Origin: an uncultured bacterium | GTDB lineage: Bacteria > Babelota > Babeliae > Babelales > Babelaceae | Direction: 5' to 3' | DNA: 64,000 bases | Assembly: GCA_963819815.1 (NCBI GenBank) | Contig: CAWFXL010000001.1 | Coordinates: forward strand, 512,001-576,000 | Shown: positions 30,865 to 41,334 of the stretch, piece by piece | Layout: each line of letters opens with the position of its first letter | Numbering within the stretch: position 1 is the stretch's first letter | The notes under the pieces: model-generated | The model's input: only the letters and a program-made list of their open reading frames with translations | Told to the model about the DNA's origin: nothing | The model's database searches: none | Translations under genes and position numbers: made by a program

Positions 30865-31338
30865 CTATGCTCTTTCTTTCTTCGAATTGGTATGTAATTC
30901 ATCATGCAACGGAACTTCAAACAATGTCGACCATAGTTTGAGTTGATCTTCGGTAACCGTAAACGTATTTTCAGGTAAGGCACTATTTCTTTCCTTAAGA
31001 CGCTTCAAAAGGTCATCAAATGATACGTCAAGAAAATGAAGCTCACAGCGTGCACCTACTTTTTTTGCTCTTGCTTTAAAATCATCTCTCTCAGCACGAG
31101 ACCAAAAACCAAAGTCTAAAATAACGTTCATGCCCAAACAAAGGCTTCTCTCAGCAATTTCGCCCATAATCATTTCAATGGCAGCACGTTTTTCTTCGTC
31201 TTCACCACTTCTAACAATTCTCTGCATCCACTCATCTGGGGTAAGACGCAAGGCATTCCGTTCCTGCTCTAATTGTTTTGCACGTGTCGTTTTACCAGCA
31301 CCGGGCAGCCCACACATTAAAAATAAAGTTGGTCTCAT
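30865..31338 (-). CDS. AAA_33-type P-loop kinase-like protein
   Basis: CGLPGAGKTT; VILDFGFWSRAER. Confidence 0.88.
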   Translation of the reverse strand: MRPTLFLMCGLPGAGKTTRAKQLEQERNALRLTPDEWMQRIVRSGEDEEKRAAIEMIMGEIAERSLCLGMNVILDFGFWSRAERDDFKARAKKVGARCELHFLDVSFDDLLKRLKERNSALPENTFTVTEDQLKLWSTLFEVPLHDELHTNSKKERA

Positions 31339-31699
31339 TTCTTCCCTATTGCCTCTCAAAAGCCAATGAGCGTATCAAAAACTGATTGAGAAACCAAACA
31401 GCGCGAGGTCGATTGGCTCCTACAGGGGCTCGAATAAGTTTTTGCATAAGTGACCCTGTCACATTGGTATACTAGTGTTAAACATATCAGCACTGATAAA
31501 ATTCTTAAAGAGCTTCCCTCTATTGCCTAAGCTCAAAGGTCTAAGTAAGGTCAATAGTTTCGAGCCTCATGAAGTTAGCACAATGTGCCTGCAAAGTTAA
31601 TGTGCCCATTCTCTCTATTGCCTTAATAAAATAATTGTCTTACCAGCAATTCTTTGCTAGTACTATACCTACAGTAATCAGAGGTTGGTTGGGAGAATA

Positions 31700-31981
31700 A
31701 TGGCCAAAAGTTCATCTAAAAAGCTCAAAAGTGAACTATTAAGTTTAATGAACGTTGGGGAAGCTACCCTCGAGGATCTACGCATCCTTGGTATTGAAAA
31801 GATTGATCAGCTTAGGCATGAAACGCCGGATAACCTCTACGAAAAACTACAACTCCTAACAGAGCAAAAACATGATCCCTGCGTATGGGATGTCTTTGCG
31901 GCTATTATTCATGAAGCACGGACAGGCGAAAAGTTACCCTGGTGGCATTGGAGCAAAATCAGAAAGAGCATACGACGCTAG
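31700..31981 (+). CDS. Helix-hairpin-helix protein (Cdd1/mitomycin-resistance-like)
   Basis: NVGEATLEDLRILGI..HDPCVWDVF..PWWHWS. Confidence 0.85.
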   Translation: MAKSSSKKLKSELLSLMNVGEATLEDLRILGIEKIDQLRHETPDNLYEKLQLLTEQKHDPCVWDVFAAIIHEARTGEKLPWWHWSKIRKSIRR

Positions 31982-32017
31982 CTTAGACCTCGTGAACAAA
32001 TCAAAAAGTTTATGCTA

Positions 32018-32569
32018 TCACCGAATTATTCTCGATACATCACATAACGGAAGGCGAGCTTTAACAAGCTTTTGAATCTCTGATTCACACTTATCACGGC
32101 TTAGAGATTGGCATACTTGTTCATCTTTAGCAACGGGCTGTGACACCTCAATTAAAATCGCCTCAATCCTTCCCTGAATATACCTGCATAGTTTTTTCTG
32201 AAATGTCCGGTCGATGGTAGGAATCGCAAAATGATTTTCCCCTAGATCCTGTTCTTCAACTTCAGCAAGAAAAGCTTCATCATCCGCTTCATGCTGCTGG
32301 TATCGTGTAGCATCAATTGCCGTCAAAGCATTTTCAAGGGGAATGTTGCCATAAATGGCTGATACCATTGCGCGAACGTGGGCACTACAGATAGTTTGTA
32401 TTAACTGCTCTGTTTTAACATAATTTCGCTGTTCTTCTAATAGCCCACTTTGATGCACTACTTCACCTTGAAGCTGGGTAACTATAGGTTCAATGTGCAC
32501 CTGGACCATCCCCGTAAGAGGTCCGTAAAAAGTTGCACCAATTAGAATGCTACAAAATAATTTGTTCAT
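32018..32569 (-). CDS. Exported hypothetical protein
   Basis: Start MNKLFCSILIGATFYGPLTG-M with AAGGA RBS. Confidence 0.7.
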   Translation of the reverse strand: MNKLFCSILIGATFYGPLTGMVQVHIEPIVTQLQGEVVHQSGLLEEQRNYVKTEQLIQTICSAHVRAMVSAIYGNIPLENALTAIDATRYQQHEADDEAFLAEVEEQDLGENHFAIPTIDRTFQKKLCRYIQGRIEAILIEVSQPVAKDEQVCQSLSRDKCESEIQKLVKARLPLCDVSRIIR

Positions 32570-32947
32570 AAATCCTTCCCGAACATAAAAAGCCTCGCCT
32601 ATGTTTACCACAGTATATATAACAAACTTTTGAATGGCTGTCGAAAAACAGAGCGACCTTTATCTCTCGGTTTTTCGCTCGATTAGGCTGGCGTCTCTTG
32701 CAAGAGAGAACTGTCTCACAAAGGATGCCTGGCAACTAATGCATGCTTAGAATGACAGATTGAACAACTCCAACAGGCAATATAGATGATCCAGCCATCC
32801 AATACCTATTAAAAAATACCATTAATTAGATCAATTCGATCATTTCACATCCTGGAACCCACCAAATAAATCTCCCCATAGACACAATTAAATAATTTTG
32901 CTATGATAAACAGTGATAAATAGAAAAAATAGAAAGTAGGGGAAAAT

Positions 32948-33760
32948 ATGCAAAAATCACGTTATCTCATATCATTAGTTCTTTTTTCGATGAGTTCTGC
33001 CTCTGTCATGGGTAGTCAGATGAGTAGACCGAGAATAACCAATTTACATAGCGCAGCAAAAGATGGGGATTTTGAAAAGGCTCTTAGTCTTATTAAAAAA
33101 GGACGCACAGTTGATCGCATTGATGAAGATGGGAAAACACCACTTCACTATGCAGCAGCTGCAGGCCATTTTGAAATGTGTGAGTTACTCATAAAATATG
33201 GAAACAGCAACCTACTAGAAATCCCGGACAAAGATGGCTGCATCGCACTTCATTATGCTGCCTTTAAAGGACACCTGAACATTTGCAGGCTACTCACCGA
33301 ACAGGGAAAAAGTAATTTGGTAGAAATCACGGACAAAGATGGAAACACAGCACTTCATTATGCCGCCTTTCAAGGTCATTTTAAAATATGTGAGCTACTC
33401 AAAAGATGTGGTGCAAGTCTTCTAGCAACAAACATAAACAATCACGTTCCAAATGATTGTATTCCAGATGATACAGACCCACTATATGCAAATAAAAATC
33501 AATTTATTGAACCGGCGGTTTTCGATTTCGAGTTTTCAAAAAAAGCCGATCTTGAAAATCTTTTACGGCCAACCACTTCTCCACAAAAAACTCTACCGGT
33601 CCTAGACACCTGTGTTTCATCAGATGAAGAATCATATCAAGTGCAAAATATTAGAAAGCCACTGTTTGTAGTTCCAAAAGCTACTAAAGATGGCTTTTGG
33701 ACTGCTCATGAAAATGCAGTCAATCATGCTGAAAAGTATATTCCTAAAGAAAAAAACTAA
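32948..33760 (+). CDS. Exported ankyrin-repeat protein
   Basis: GKTPLHYAA, GCIALHYAA, GNTALHYAA; signal peptide. Confidence 0.9.
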   Translation: MQKSRYLISLVLFSMSSASVMGSQMSRPRITNLHSAAKDGDFEKALSLIKKGRTVDRIDEDGKTPLHYAAAAGHFEMCELLIKYGNSNLLEIPDKDGCIALHYAAFKGHLNICRLLTEQGKSNLVEITDKDGNTALHYAAFQGHFKICELLKRCGASLLATNINNHVPNDCIPDDTDPLYANKNQFIEPAVFDFEFSKKADLENLLRPTTSPQKTLPVLDTCVSSDEESYQVQNIRKPLFVVPKATKDGFWTAHENAVNHAEKYIPKEKN

Positions 33761-33906
33761 CAGTGCAGAATAGCTGCTACCATATGCAAGTACAGGAAGC
33801 AGCTATAAACACACTGGTGTGCACTGTTTTGATTATCTCAGATTATTCGCATTCGCACGTAGTTCTAAGAACTTATACTAAGCTTCAGATGTTTACAGGT
33901 TCGGTC

Positions 33907-35733
33907 TTAGTAGACCGAACCTGTTTGTGAAGTATCTATCGTAGGGATTGTGCCCTGTTTTTCAATGAGCTTCAACTTCTCAAAAACACTTGCCCCTTGG
34001 GTACTCTTTTCAAATGTGCCAGAATCTTCGGAGTTGGCTTTAACCCCACTCTTCTTATCCATTTTGTTGGTAATGTGCTCATAAAACTTATGCTCAAATG
34101 TTTGTGGGACCAACTCTGGGTTAAGGAGACACGTAACCAAAGGCGTTAGAAGTTCCGGCCTTTCAGAGTCAATGATAAAAAGAAACTCTTGAAGAAGCTT
34201 TGTAAGGGTTGCCTCAAGCCACTTAACCGCATAATAGCGAGCTCTGAGAGCCTGAGGAGACGAACTCAGCAGGCCATTTAGCAGCTCATCAAAAAAGACG
34301 TCCATGAATGCCTCATGCCATGCAGGTACCTTACACAGTATATCAACATAGGTATGGCCAGGAAATGGATCTAACCCTTCCCTGAGAATTTCATTGAATC
34401 GTGGAAGAAGCTGATTGATCATCTGCTGGGAAACTCTTACTCGTTCAGGATCTGCAAGCTGCTTATTACATGACATAGATATGAGGAGCGTCTTTACATG
34501 ATCATACTCATGTTTCTGCAACGCCGCATACAGGTTTGCTCTACTCTTGGGGTTCGTCAGAAGAAAATCTGACTCCGGGGTTCCAAAGCAATCGCTGCCT
34601 GCACCCGAGGTATTCTGAGAGCTATTCTCCTTTGATGCGCCCCCTTCATACTGAAAGTCTCGTCGTTTTGAGGGCGAGCAAAATGAAAGCTCCGGCGATC
34701 TTGAGCGTTTTTGCCCAACCTGGTTACTCTTCTGATTATTATCGGCTGACCGTACCTCCTGGAGAGCAACTGAAGCACGAATACCTTCTTCAGATTCAAG
34801 AGGCTTTGGCGCGCTTCTTACCACCAGTGAACCTTGGTACTCCCTTTCGATCAGCTCAAGTTGTTCGAGAGTACCGATACTTTGCGTACTCTCTTCAAAA
34901 GCTTCCGAGCCTAGTACATTTCTACCCACAAACATTTTTTCCATGATTTGGTCATATAAAAAATCTTCAAAGGTCTGCTCAGTAAAATCTGGATTGAGAA
35001 AAGCTACCACGGACGGTGTTAAAAGGGTCTGGCTCTCAGAAGCCATGTGATGCAGTAGCTCCTGAAGTAGTTTTTTGAATGTCTGTTCGAGCCATTTAAC
35101 GGCATAGTAACGAGCCCTGAGAACCTGTGGCGTTGCCCTAAGAAGGTCGTTCCTCAGTTCATCGAAAAACACTCCCATGAGTGCCGCACGCCACGACGGA
35201 AAATGGCATAGTATGTCAACATAGGTATGAGCTGGAAATGGCGGCAGTGCATTTTTAAGCAATTCATTAAGCCGAGGAAGAAGCTGTCTCATTGTCCGAT
35301 AGGAAACCCTTAATCCTTCAACCTCGCAAATCTCGTTGAAAGCGAAAACACTAAGCAATGTTTTTACACGATCATAATCATTTCTCTGTATCGCATCATA
35401 CACATGGATCCTACACCGGGAATCATTCATGAGAAATTTAGGTCCGATACTGACATTACTTCCTGAATCGGAGCTGCGCTTTGAACTGTCGTTAGTACTG
35501 CGCTCTAGAATTCGTCCAATTGCGGGCGATCCACAAGAAAGCTCCGGAGACCTTAGTAGCTTCTCCTGCTCATTCATAGGGGATGGTACAACGATACGTT
35601 CCTCATCAACAGAAGCAAAAATAACCTGTTCAGCGTCATGTGATTTAGATACACTCTTATTCTCACTAAAAGCAATTACCATGCAAGAAGAACTCAAAAC
35701 ACTACTCATGCAAAGGATTACTTTCCATCTCAT
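33907..35733 (-). CDS. Exported protein with two copies of an unknown ~250-aa domain
   Basis: RSPELS..SP, LLPR.NE.L, FP.HTYVDILC, LRARYYAVKWLE, LNP each occur twice. Confidence 0.8.
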   Translation of the reverse strand: MRWKVILCMSSVLSSSCMVIAFSENKSVSKSHDAEQVIFASVDEERIVVPSPMNEQEKLLRSPELSCGSPAIGRILERSTNDSSKRSSDSGSNVSIGPKFLMNDSRCRIHVYDAIQRNDYDRVKTLLSVFAFNEICEVEGLRVSYRTMRQLLPRLNELLKNALPPFPAHTYVDILCHFPSWRAALMGVFFDELRNDLLRATPQVLRARYYAVKWLEQTFKKLLQELLHHMASESQTLLTPSVVAFLNPDFTEQTFEDFLYDQIMEKMFVGRNVLGSEAFEESTQSIGTLEQLELIEREYQGSLVVRSAPKPLESEEGIRASVALQEVRSADNNQKSNQVGQKRSRSPELSFCSPSKRRDFQYEGGASKENSSQNTSGAGSDCFGTPESDFLLTNPKSRANLYAALQKHEYDHVKTLLISMSCNKQLADPERVRVSQQMINQLLPRFNEILREGLDPFPGHTYVDILCKVPAWHEAFMDVFFDELLNGLLSSSPQALRARYYAVKWLEATLTKLLQEFLFIIDSERPELLTPLVTCLLNPELVPQTFEHKFYEHITNKMDKKSGVKANSEDSGTFEKSTQGASVFEKLKLIEKQGTIPTIDTSQTGSVY

Positions 35734-36132
35734 ATGATCGCTACCTTTCTGTATCCTTTTACCATTCTATTCATCAGAGATGAAAGTGTAGCTTAAAAAA
35801 CTCAGCTGCACAAAATTTCTAGGATAGCCTCGCAAGTTCACCTATTTAAAGGCATCTCGATACAACAGAGACCATTTTTATGAGCAGTTCAAACAGAGAG
35901 GTTCCTTGTTTGATTAATTTTTATATCGTGCCATGATGAACAGAGTTGTTAATCTCCGATTAGAAAATTTTTATTTTCTATTATTAGCCTGCCCCCTTTT
36001 TGGAATATTAATCACACCCTAGTCCCCCAATAAGTGCCCTTCAAAGCTGCTGTATCCTGCCTTCCATACTTATTATAGCATAATAATATAAAATCCAGTT
36101 CTACTTTAGATAAAGATAATTTCAAATAATTC

Positions 36133-36163
36133 TTGACATTGCCCTCGCGTCATGATCTAGTCT
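36133..36163 (+). promoter_or_regulatory. MerR-type promoter with 19-bp spacer
   Basis: TTGACA-N19-TAGTCT directly upstream of a MerR gene; imperfect dyad in the spacer. Confidence 0.6.
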
Positions 36164-36182
36164 AGGCCCTGAGGTTAACTTT

Positions 36183-36692
36183 ATGAACACGTTTTATGTA
36201 AAGGAGCTTAGCAGGTTAACAAAAGTATCGATCAGAACTCTCCATTATTATGACAAAATAGGCTTATTAAAGCCCTCAGAAAGGCTCACTAATGGATATC
36301 GCGTATACTCAGAAAATGATCTGCAAAAGCTTGAAAAAATTATTGCACTTAAGTTCCTTGGCTTTACGCTCGCGCGAATCGAACAGCTTACGGCCCAGGA
36401 ACAAGGAACTCTCGAGCTCCTTGAGAAACAATCGAAGCTCTTGCAATCTGAAGTAACCTTCTTGCAAGTAGTACAAGGGCCTCTACTTTTGTCCTTGATA
36501 CAAGAATATAAACATAAGAAATCGATCGATTGGCATGCGATTGCAAATATTATTGTTACCTATACAAAAGAGCGTGAAGAATTACCAAGAACTACCCTTT
36601 TGGATAAGAGACAACTAGAATCGTCAGACCTCGAAATCTGGCAGAAGCTCATCACCAAAATCTCTACGTTAACTGAGCAAGAAAATTCCTAA
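36183..36692 (+). CDS. MerR-family transcriptional regulator (TipA/Mta-like N-terminus)
   Basis: VSIRTLHYYDKIGLLKP..NGYRVYS. Confidence 0.92.
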   Translation: MNTFYVKELSRLTKVSIRTLHYYDKIGLLKPSERLTNGYRVYSENDLQKLEKIIALKFLGFTLARIEQLTAQEQGTLELLEKQSKLLQSEVTFLQVVQGPLLLSLIQEYKHKKSIDWHAIANIIVTYTKEREELPRTTLLDKRQLESSDLEIWQKLITKISTLTEQENS

Positions 36693-36835
36693 TTCCCTTT
36701 TAGTAAGCCTTGAACCCTGAGGCTTTGCTTGTATTGTCCTAGTGATATTCTTGCTCAGTTTTTGTATTTTTCATCATGAAATCCTGCACTTGCAAACCCA
36801 CATACCAGCACAAATTTTATGATCTACCAACGGAT

Positions 36836-37528
36836 CTAAAAGCGCAACTCAAGTCCATCATAGCCGACTATGATTTTCAGATTATTTTTTTGAGCAAGCA
36901 GCTTAAATTGAGTACGCGCCTTTTTCATATCTTTGTAAAACCATGAACCAAAATGTATAAAGATCATTGTGGAGGTATGCTCCTTAAACAATGACACTAA
37001 ATTAGGAACTCCCGTGTGACCAAAGATAGCACCGGTAGTTTTGTCTCTTCTAATGAGACCCCCTTTTCTCATCCAGCTTGCTTCTGTTATAACAAAATCA
37101 AGGCTCCCCAAAAGATGGTGATACTTTTTTTCTATGGTAATCAGGTCACCTGTATAGAGAAACCTTTTTCCCTTGTATGTTATGAGATAGGCATTGGACG
37201 CTACCTTTAAGCTGTGCACCGTAGGAATTGGCGTAATATGATAGTTCCCAAGTATAAAGGGATCCTTGGTAACTGTGATAGGTTCATTCTTAAATTTTTC
37301 AGGGGCATATAGTGGCTTAGAGACCATCATATAATCGCCAGATCGAACAAAGAAAGCGTGATCAGGATGTAGATGCGTAATGAGAATATAATGGGGATCA
37401 TAGCGCAGAAACCGTTCATCTCCACAATCAAGAAGAAGCTCATCATTAATAAGGACCCCGGACTTCTTTGAATGATAAGGAGCGGTTTGATCAATCTCTC
37501 CTCGAGTTCCTAAAATGGTAACCTTCAT
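36836..37528 (-). CDS. MBL-fold metallo-hydrolase
   Basis: ILGT, LLDCG, THLHPDH, VHS, YTGD, GH, IHF. Confidence 0.9.
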   Translation of the reverse strand: MKVTILGTRGEIDQTAPYHSKKSGVLINDELLLDCGDERFLRYDPHYILITHLHPDHAFFVRSGDYMMVSKPLYAPEKFKNEPITVTKDPFILGNYHITPIPTVHSLKVASNAYLITYKGKRFLYTGDLITIEKKYHHLLGSLDFVITEASWMRKGGLIRRDKTTGAIFGHTGVPNLVSLFKEHTSTMIFIHFGSWFYKDMKKARTQFKLLAQKNNLKIIVGYDGLELRF

Positions 37529-37979
37529 ACTTGACTCACGCTATCATAGTCTACTAAACATATTCGTCTCACCATGATTTTCAAGAATATACCCTGTGTA
37601 GAATCGTTCATTTTCTCTGGATCTCAAGCAATGCCCCTTCAGATCGAAAATCTTCGTCAAGATACCGCATGCAGATCATTCGTGCAAGATAATGGAGACT
37701 TTTTTGTTCCTTTGCCATTTACCTGCACATGACAAATTTTACCGCCTCTGCTTGGATACACCACAGAACTTTCGGCAATCCTTCATACCTTCATCCACCA
37801 CTATACCCATCCCTTAACAGGATCACAGAGGAAATTTAAGGCAGAAAGACTCTCAACGTGTAGGTTGAACCGATTTAAAAGAAGCGACAAGCCAATTTTC
37901 TAAGATCCAAGTTGCATATCTTACATTCTTCGTTAGTCTAATGTCCGAACACAGAACTACTAGTAAGCAAGGAGTCAGT

Positions 37980-39356
37980 ATGAAAAAATATATCTTCATA
38001 ATGCTATGGTCTGCTCTTATAGCACAAAAGCTTTTTGGTATGAATCTGAGTGATATAAAAGACGAGCTTGGTATTGATGGGTTTGTACAGCTCGTTGACG
38101 ATGACCAACAATCAAGTTCTCAAAGGTCATTGACAGGGGGAGAATCTTCTGCAAATGAGCTTGTTCAAGACATAAAGGACGTGGCGACTTATAGAGAGCT
38201 CGTTAGAAAGCAAGATCCTAAAGTGATCGTGTTCAGCTTAGGTACCAGTTCATCACATAATTTTCATATGAAAGCTCTTACCAAAATTGCAAAAGAATAT
38301 CCTCAAGTCGCTTTCTATAGCTTTGATGTCTCCGATTTATCCAACCTTTGTGAAGAACTAGGAATCGAAACCTATCCAACAACATACTTTTTACCAAACG
38401 GTAATAAAATAGATGGAGGTATGGAAACTGCTGAGCTTGACGACATGGTATACGAACTAATACATGGTAAAAAGAAAAGTGAGGTGCCACATAGGCTGTC
38501 ATTAGCAACTAATCCACTTGATAAGGCATTCGGAACGGATCCTAAACAAGAAGGACCCGTTGTACTAGAAAGAACGATGCAACTTATGGATCTGGCAGAG
38601 CAACTCATAAATCTCGGCGACCTTCTCATTAATAATGGACAATCAGTTACCTTAAAAACACTAACTCAAGCTTCTCGATTCAGTAGTACTGCCGTTGCTA
38701 AGAAAAGTGAGAAAGCCGAGTTGAGGCTTGATTTAAGAACTCGCCTTTCCATATATGGTGAACAAATTAAAAGAAGCGTAGAGTTAATAACTACATTAGG
38801 AGACGAGATCTCACAGCATGAGCAACAAATTGCTGGGGTAAGAAAAAATATTGAAGCTCTACAAAAAGCTCAGCATGAAGAAAAAGCTTATACTGAAAAA
38901 TTAAGCATACAGGCCAATATCCCTGTAGAAATCCAAAGACTCAATGAAAAGCGTTTGAAGGATCTTGAGGAAGAAGAACGTGCTGCTACGGCAATTCTCA
39001 CAGGCTGTACCACAAATCAAGGCCTACTAAAAGCACGACTCCAGTATAATGAGGCGGTCATGCGCGAAATGTTAGAACAAAAAGAACTGACAGCGAAAGA
39101 ACTTAAAATTGTAACAGAAATAATTGGAAAGCTTGATGAAGCTCTTGTCCGTGTAGGTATGAAATATAAGACAACTTCTCCACTAGTTGCAGTTGAAGCA
39201 CATCGAGAATATCAAAAGATTGCGGTACATACCAAGCTTGAGCTTTATGATGAGAAAGCCTTTAGGGGCGTATATAATGACCATCAAGAAAAAAAAGGAG
39301 GGAGTTTGTGGGAACTTTTCTGGGGACTCCTTGGGTATAAGAAATCCACCAATTAG
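37980..39356 (+). CDS. Exported thioredoxin-like plus coiled-coil protein
   Basis: IAKEYPQVAFYSFDV..LCEELGIETYPT thioredoxin pattern without CxxC; long heptad region; AAGGAG RBS. Confidence 0.75.
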   Translation: MKKYIFIMLWSALIAQKLFGMNLSDIKDELGIDGFVQLVDDDQQSSSQRSLTGGESSANELVQDIKDVATYRELVRKQDPKVIVFSLGTSSSHNFHMKALTKIAKEYPQVAFYSFDVSDLSNLCEELGIETYPTTYFLPNGNKIDGGMETAELDDMVYELIHGKKKSEVPHRLSLATNPLDKAFGTDPKQEGPVVLERTMQLMDLAEQLINLGDLLINNGQSVTLKTLTQASRFSSTAVAKKSEKAELRLDLRTRLSIYGEQIKRSVELITTLGDEISQHEQQIAGVRKNIEALQKAQHEEKAYTEKLSIQANIPVEIQRLNEKRLKDLEEEERAATAILTGCTTNQGLLKARLQYNEAVMREMLEQKELTAKELKIVTEIIGKLDEALVRVGMKYKTTSPLVAVEAHREYQKIAVHTKLELYDEKAFRGVYNDHQEKKGGSLWELFWGLLGYKKSTN

Positions 39357-39443
39357 TATTTTTTCTTTGCCTAGCTCTAAAAAATAGGTATACTCCAAAC
39401 ATTACACAGTCTCAAGATGAAGCATTAATAATGGAGTTGTGTT

Positions 39444-40856
39444 ATGAAAGCGCTACCACTACTTTGTATGATCTTTCTGATAAGTTCTTGTTGCCAAGGA
39501 AGCCAATCTTCAAGTAGTTCAACCTCAATTGCAAGCTTAGTATCGGTCCCAAGTAGTTCAGCATCTGATTCAACGAGCATAGCAACCCTGCTTGAGAAAG
39601 CACAGGAGCTTGAAAATTCTCCTAAGCTGGCAACTGAATCTCTCAGGAAATGTATAAAACAATTGCGGGAAGCAAAGAATGCTCCTACTACTAGTTTAAA
39701 GGAAAAGGATTCTCTGAGCCTCCCTATTAGTTCATTGCGTATCACATGGGCAAAAGTTTTGCTTCAACTACTCATAAAACCAGATCAGCAACAGCCAAAA
39801 ACTGATGAAATAATCGAATGCATTAAGCAACTTGGTCCAGCAATCGATGAATTATTCAAGGAAGCACAGCAAGCTTGGGCAAATAAAACAAATCGCGACT
39901 TAAAAGTTTCTACAGTTAATCAAGGTATAGTTCTCAGAAATCAACTTATTGGAGACATTCAACAGGAAGAGAGACTATGGAAACAGCGATCAGCAATCAC
40001 ACAACGTGAGATTGCTGATTCACCCGACAAACTACCCGATGACCTTTTAACTCGAAAAGGTAATAAGCATCCGCAGTATTCTAGAGTTCAAGAACAACTG
40101 GGAGCAATGGGTAAACTGCTTGAAGCCTGCAAAAAGAAAGCCTATGCGCGGAAACCAATAGCTCGCTTTCAAGAGGATGACGATGAAGACTTTGATAGTG
40201 CTGAAGATTCTGAAGCTGAAGATGCACAAGCTGTTGCTAAAATGCGTATCACTCAAAATCGCTACGCAGCTATTCAAAAGGAGCTTACAAACAAAGTCTT
40301 GAGTACTTGTGATATTCAAAAAAGACAACTCATTATTGAGGAACTAAATGATCAACAGCTTACCGATGCTGAACGTGCAGAGCTCATAAAAACGATCGAG
40401 CAAACTCAGGGGCAACTGCGACCGTCTGATGAAATTCAGGATGAATTTATGGCTTTGATTACTGATCTGGATGACCAGACAAGCACTGTGTTCAATGCGA
40501 TAAGCGATTACCGTCTCACTCTTCAAAGAATTACCGTAAACAGAGAAGCGTATAAAAGATACCGCGAGATAGAAAGTAGTGGTTTTGAGAGTACTCATAA
40601 TGACCAGCTGAAGAAAGAGCATGAAACAAATCTCGTACTCAAAGCACGATTAAAATTCTGGCTTTCTATGCTACCGCGAGATTGGAGGGCAAACACATCA
40701 CTCGAAGAAATAGAAGAACTTGAAGTTCAAAAAAATGAAATGGAGTTACTTGAAAAACACGAGGAGGAACTTTCACCCACTGAAATAGAAAAATTATATC
40801 CTGGATTCTTGAATCGATGGAAAAGATCTAGGCTAATTACCAAAAAAAAGTCGTAG
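39444..40856 (+). CDS. Exported coiled-coil hypothetical protein
   Basis: Signal peptide, Ser-rich linker, E/K/Q-rich helices, acidic patch. Confidence 0.75.
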   Translation: MKALPLLCMIFLISSCCQGSQSSSSSTSIASLVSVPSSSASDSTSIATLLEKAQELENSPKLATESLRKCIKQLREAKNAPTTSLKEKDSLSLPISSLRITWAKVLLQLLIKPDQQQPKTDEIIECIKQLGPAIDELFKEAQQAWANKTNRDLKVSTVNQGIVLRNQLIGDIQQEERLWKQRSAITQREIADSPDKLPDDLLTRKGNKHPQYSRVQEQLGAMGKLLEACKKKAYARKPIARFQEDDDEDFDSAEDSEAEDAQAVAKMRITQNRYAAIQKELTNKVLSTCDIQKRQLIIEELNDQQLTDAERAELIKTIEQTQGQLRPSDEIQDEFMALITDLDDQTSTVFNAISDYRLTLQRITVNREAYKRYREIESSGFESTHNDQLKKEHETNLVLKARLKFWLSMLPRDWRANTSLEEIEELEVQKNEMELLEKHEEELSPTEIEKLYPGFLNRWKRSRLITKKKS

Positions 40857-40887
40857 ATTATCAAAAAATACCATAAGGAGTATCTCA

Positions 40888-41310
40888 ATGAAACTATTAA
40901 ATTATCCTATTAACCCAATCGCCATAGCACTCTGCGCAGTCGCCGCCTTCATTGTAGGTTTCGTATGGTACTCATTTCTTTTTAAAGCTCAATGGATTGC
41001 AGGACATGCTTTTACTCAAGAACAGCTCGATCATATGGGTAGCACAGCACCGATTATTCCCATGGCACTTTCTTTTATTGGATACTTAATTACCGCTACC
41101 GCACTCAGTCTTATTCTTGCGTACTGTAGGGTAACCGACCTAAAAAGTGCCCTTCTTATTACTGCCATTATTTGGGTTGGATTTCCAGGAATGATGATGC
41201 TCACGAGCATGCTCTATGCTGGTGGATCATTATCAGTTTTTTTGGTTGATGGCGGGTATCAACTGGTGTATAGCTTACTAATGGCTACTATTATTAACAG
41301 GATGTCCTAA
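40888..41310 (+). CDS. DUF1761-like membrane protein
   Basis: INPIAI..FIVGFVWYS..F...W; LVDGGYQLV; four TM helices. Confidence 0.8.
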   Translation: MKLLNYPINPIAIALCAVAAFIVGFVWYSFLFKAQWIAGHAFTQEQLDHMGSTAPIIPMALSFIGYLITATALSLILAYCRVTDLKSALLITAIIWVGFPGMMMLTSMLYAGGSLSVFLVDGGYQLVYSLLMATIINRMS

Positions 41311-41334
41311 CGGTTTAGGATCCAAGGAGAATCT

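Noticed and set aside
31420..31570. Short inverted ggctcgaa/ttcgagcc ends suggesting a MITE
   Set aside because: Only ~8 bp, no target duplication and no second copy
32640..32710. Hairpins and palindromes upstream of 32569
   Set aside because: Single occurrence with no functional signature
37560..37930. Long intergenic region as possible ncRNA or pseudogene
   Set aside because: No stable structure or recognisable frame seen
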